From: Eledone cirrhosa
Taxonomy: Eukaryota
Assembly (NCBI GenBank): GCA_964016885.1
Contig: OZ024761.1
Span: forward strand, 3,038,001-3,102,000
Direction of reading: 5' to 3'
DNA length: 64,000 nucleotides
This document shows positions 61,007-64,000 of this stretch, one piece after another. Positions within the stretch are counted from its first letter, which is position 1, and each line of letters starts with the position of its first letter. The position numbers and the translations under genes are program-made. Under the pieces are notes generated by a model that saw nothing but the letters and a program-made list of their open reading frames with translations, had not been told where the DNA came from and did no database searches.

Positions 61007-64000
61007 CGAGCATGTGTGTGTGTCTGTGTACAACTTTGGATACCTAAGGCTTTTACAATTCCCAACCGAATTTGACCAAATTTTCTGTGCACGTTGCACC
61101 TATCGCTAAGATGGTCACATCACAAACAATTTTCAAATCGACCCACGTTGAGCAATAAAAAATCGATAGCAAAATTATTTTTTCTAAAGTGCATGATGTA
61201 AGGGAGATAACAAACTTTATTGACAATCCTTATAAAGAGAGTGAGAGAGGGGAGACATGGAGACCTTCGTTTTCACTTTCAAAACAACAATCATCGTCGG
61301 ACGAAATTTCAGAAATATAAACATCAGATTCATTTGAAGATAAATCACTAATATTATCGTTTGTTTCTTGTTTATTCTGAATGTTGTCGTGTGTAAAACC
61401 TTCAAAGTCGGTATCGCTACTTTCAGAAGCCATGTTGATACAAAAAAAAAAATTTGTTGCGCTTTCAAAGTTTAAAAAAAACACTTGTTTTAACTTGTTT
61501 CACTATATTAAGTGTTAATTTTCGCGGTAAGGGACTAATCTCGCAGCAGTCTCGAATTGACGAGATTTTGATGATGGTTTGTTTACTTTTAGAACAATCC
61601 TTATGGGACTTTCCATTCAAACCATTGGGACCTACAACTTTTACATTTTTAAAGTAATTTCGTCCACATTTGAGGCAGGCATCATCTATACTTCCAGCTG
61701 TATTCGTACACATCAAACTTTTTTGACAATGAAGGAACATACTGAACAGGATGTAGTTATTCAAAGGATTTTTTAAGTTTTGCCAGTATATTTTTAATTT
61801 TACTGTAAAGCTTCTAAATCTATAAATTAGATTTGCAAGTACATTAATAAAGGCTCTGATGCTGCTACGTTTGGATTACTTCGGGAAAACAGCCGAGATG
61901 AAGTGGCCCAGTACCAAACTGGAAGATACATTAGCTCTAATGAAGCGTTCTGGCGAATTTTCGGATTTTCTATACATCAACGGCATCCTGCTGTTCAAAA
62001 ACTCCAAGTGCACCTGGAGAACGGTCAGAGAGTATATTTTACGAATGCATCAGCTGCTCAGTTAGCACAAGAACCAAAGGATACTACTCTTACCGCTTTC
62101 TTTAAACTATGTCAAGAAGATCCATTTGCTAAAACCTTACTATATCCACAAGTCCCATCTTACTATACCTGGGACAAAAATACATGGAAGCGAAGAAAAA
62201 CAGGGCAGTGTGTCGAAGGTTATCCAGGCATCAAGTTCAACGAGTGCTTGGGCAGAGTTTATACTGTGCCCCCAAACCAACACGAGTGCTTCCATCTTCG
62301 CATGCTACTACATGAGGTCAGAGGACCTACCTGCTTTGATGATCTCCGAACGTTAGACGGACAAATTCTTCCAACATACACAAAGGCATGTTTGACGTGT
62401 GGATTGCTGGAAGATGGTTCGCAGTGGGATGCAACGATGGCGGAAGTTGCTCTTTCACATTCACCTGCCAGCCTAAGAAATTTATTTGCGGTACTTTTGC
62501 ACTCGTGCAACTTATCTGATCCTCTGTTCTTGTGAATGAAATATAGGGATGAACTACCAGACGACTACAGACACCAAGCACAATTGCTGCTTTCAGAAAT
62601 AGAGGTCGGCTTTAGTAATGAATTATACAACAGAGCTCTTGTTGATATTGAGGACAAGTTAGCTCTGATTGGAGGAAAGGTTTTACGTGACTACGGTTTA
62701 CCAGAAACTCATCGCACGGACTCAAACAAACTTCCCACAGATATCATACAGGAGACTTCTTATGACATCCATGATCTCGGCCTCTACGTCACAGATAATG
62801 AGCCAACGTTTCTAGCTGAATCGGTATTTCAAAGAAGAGGTGGCATATTTTTCCTTGATGCTCGGGGGGGGGGGGGGCAGGTAAAACTTTCGTTACTAAA
62901 CTTCTTCTTGTAAAGGTTAGACAGAATAAGGACATAGCAATAGCAGTTACGTCCTCTGGAATCGCAGCAACTTTGCTCCCTGGTGGAAGGACGGCACATT
63001 CAGTTTTTAAATTGCCCCTTGATTTGGCAAAATTGGAAACTCCTACTTGTCATATCACCAAAGACTCCGAAAGGGCTCATCTGCTGCGAAGGTGTCACCT
63101 TATTGTTTGAGATGAGTGCACAATGGTGCACAAAGGTGCTCTTGAGGCACTAGACAGGTCTTTGCAAGACATACGGGATTGCAGTGATGTTATGGGGGGT
63201 GTCACCCTTCTGTTATCAGGAGACTTCAGACAGACTCTTCCTATAATACCGAAAGGAACAAGAGCAGATTCGGTAAATGCATGTCTTAAATCTTCACCAT
63301 TGTGGCGACAAGTGACATCATTAAGACTAACTACCAACATGCGTGCAAGGTTGCATGGGGACCCTCTGTCATCAACATTTTCTGGAAACATTTTCTGGAG
63401 ACATTCTTACAATAGGAGATGGTAACCTACCTCCGGATACAGATGGAGACATAGCAATTGATCGCATCTGCAATGTAGTTGAAACTGTCGATGATCTGAA
63501 GGCGAGTGTATTCCCGAACTTGCGTGATAACTATACGAGTCTTGATTGGCTATGCGAAAGAGCCATTCTTGCACCCAAAAATATCACGGTTAGCTGTATT
63601 AACGATCGGCTTCTTCAGCTTCTTCCTGGATGTCCACGGATATATAAATCTATTGATACTGTATGTGATCCACAGGATGCGGTCAATTATCCAGTTGAAT
63701 TTCTAAATTCTTTAAATCCTCCTGGTTTACCTCCTAATACATTGGTTCTGAGAGAGGGAACGCCAGTTATTTTGCTGAGATATTATCACTCCTCCAAAAC
63801 TATTCAATGGTACACGCCTTGTGGTTAAAAAACTGTTTCCACTTAGTATTGACGCTACCATTCTATCCGGATGTGGAAAAGGCGAGGATGTGATAATAAC
63901 AAAATTTAGCCTGACTACATCAGGCGTGGATACTCCCTTCTCCTTTCGCCGAACCCAATTTCCCCTTCGTGTTGCCTTTGCGATGTCCATAAACAAGTCG
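60990..64000 (+). mobile_element. Helitron, internally deleted and pseudogenised RepHel (Rep motif 3 region plus Pif1 helicase); runs off the window
   Basis: Frame from 61801 reads SKSIN*ICKYINKGSD (Rep YxxKY motif), then GRYISSNEAFWRIF, LQVHLENGQRVYF, RMLLHEVRGPTCFDDLRT, Walker A DARGG.. broken by a G-run, IV*DEC, SGDFRQTLPI, RAILAPKN, QFPLRVAFAMSINKS. A Helitron-like 5' end TATATAAAA..TGTGTCTGT..ACCGAATTTGACCAAA lies near 61000. Confidence 0.93.

Overview
AT-rich, repeat-saturated eukaryotic DNA with no recognisable host protein-coding exon. The SINE families resemble those of cephalopods, probably an octopod (inference). Most long ORFs in the track are artefacts of (TA)n, (CA)n and (CAC/CAT)n microsatellites. 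Real coding remnants are all transposon-derived: three copies of one Penelope-like element (PLE; RT plus C-terminal GIY-YIG), a decayed second PLE family, an internally deleted Helitron Rep/Pif1 ORF, a non-autonomous Helitron with a canonical 3' end, a mariner fragment, and RTE and CR1-like LINE 3' ends. The main signal is non-coding. Reading by eye I find about 20 type I hammerhead ribozyme (HHR) motifs with an intact CUGANGA...GAAA...UH core, about a dozen variant or decayed copies, and one type III-like pair. They fall into roughly ten sequence families. Most sit in short fold-back (inverted-repeat) elements that end in (TA)n tracts, and two sit in the 3' end of the PLE itself. This points to a diverse, (TA)n-targeted PLE/hammerhead ecosystem. 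All folds are manual base-pairing, and boundaries of decayed elements are approximate.
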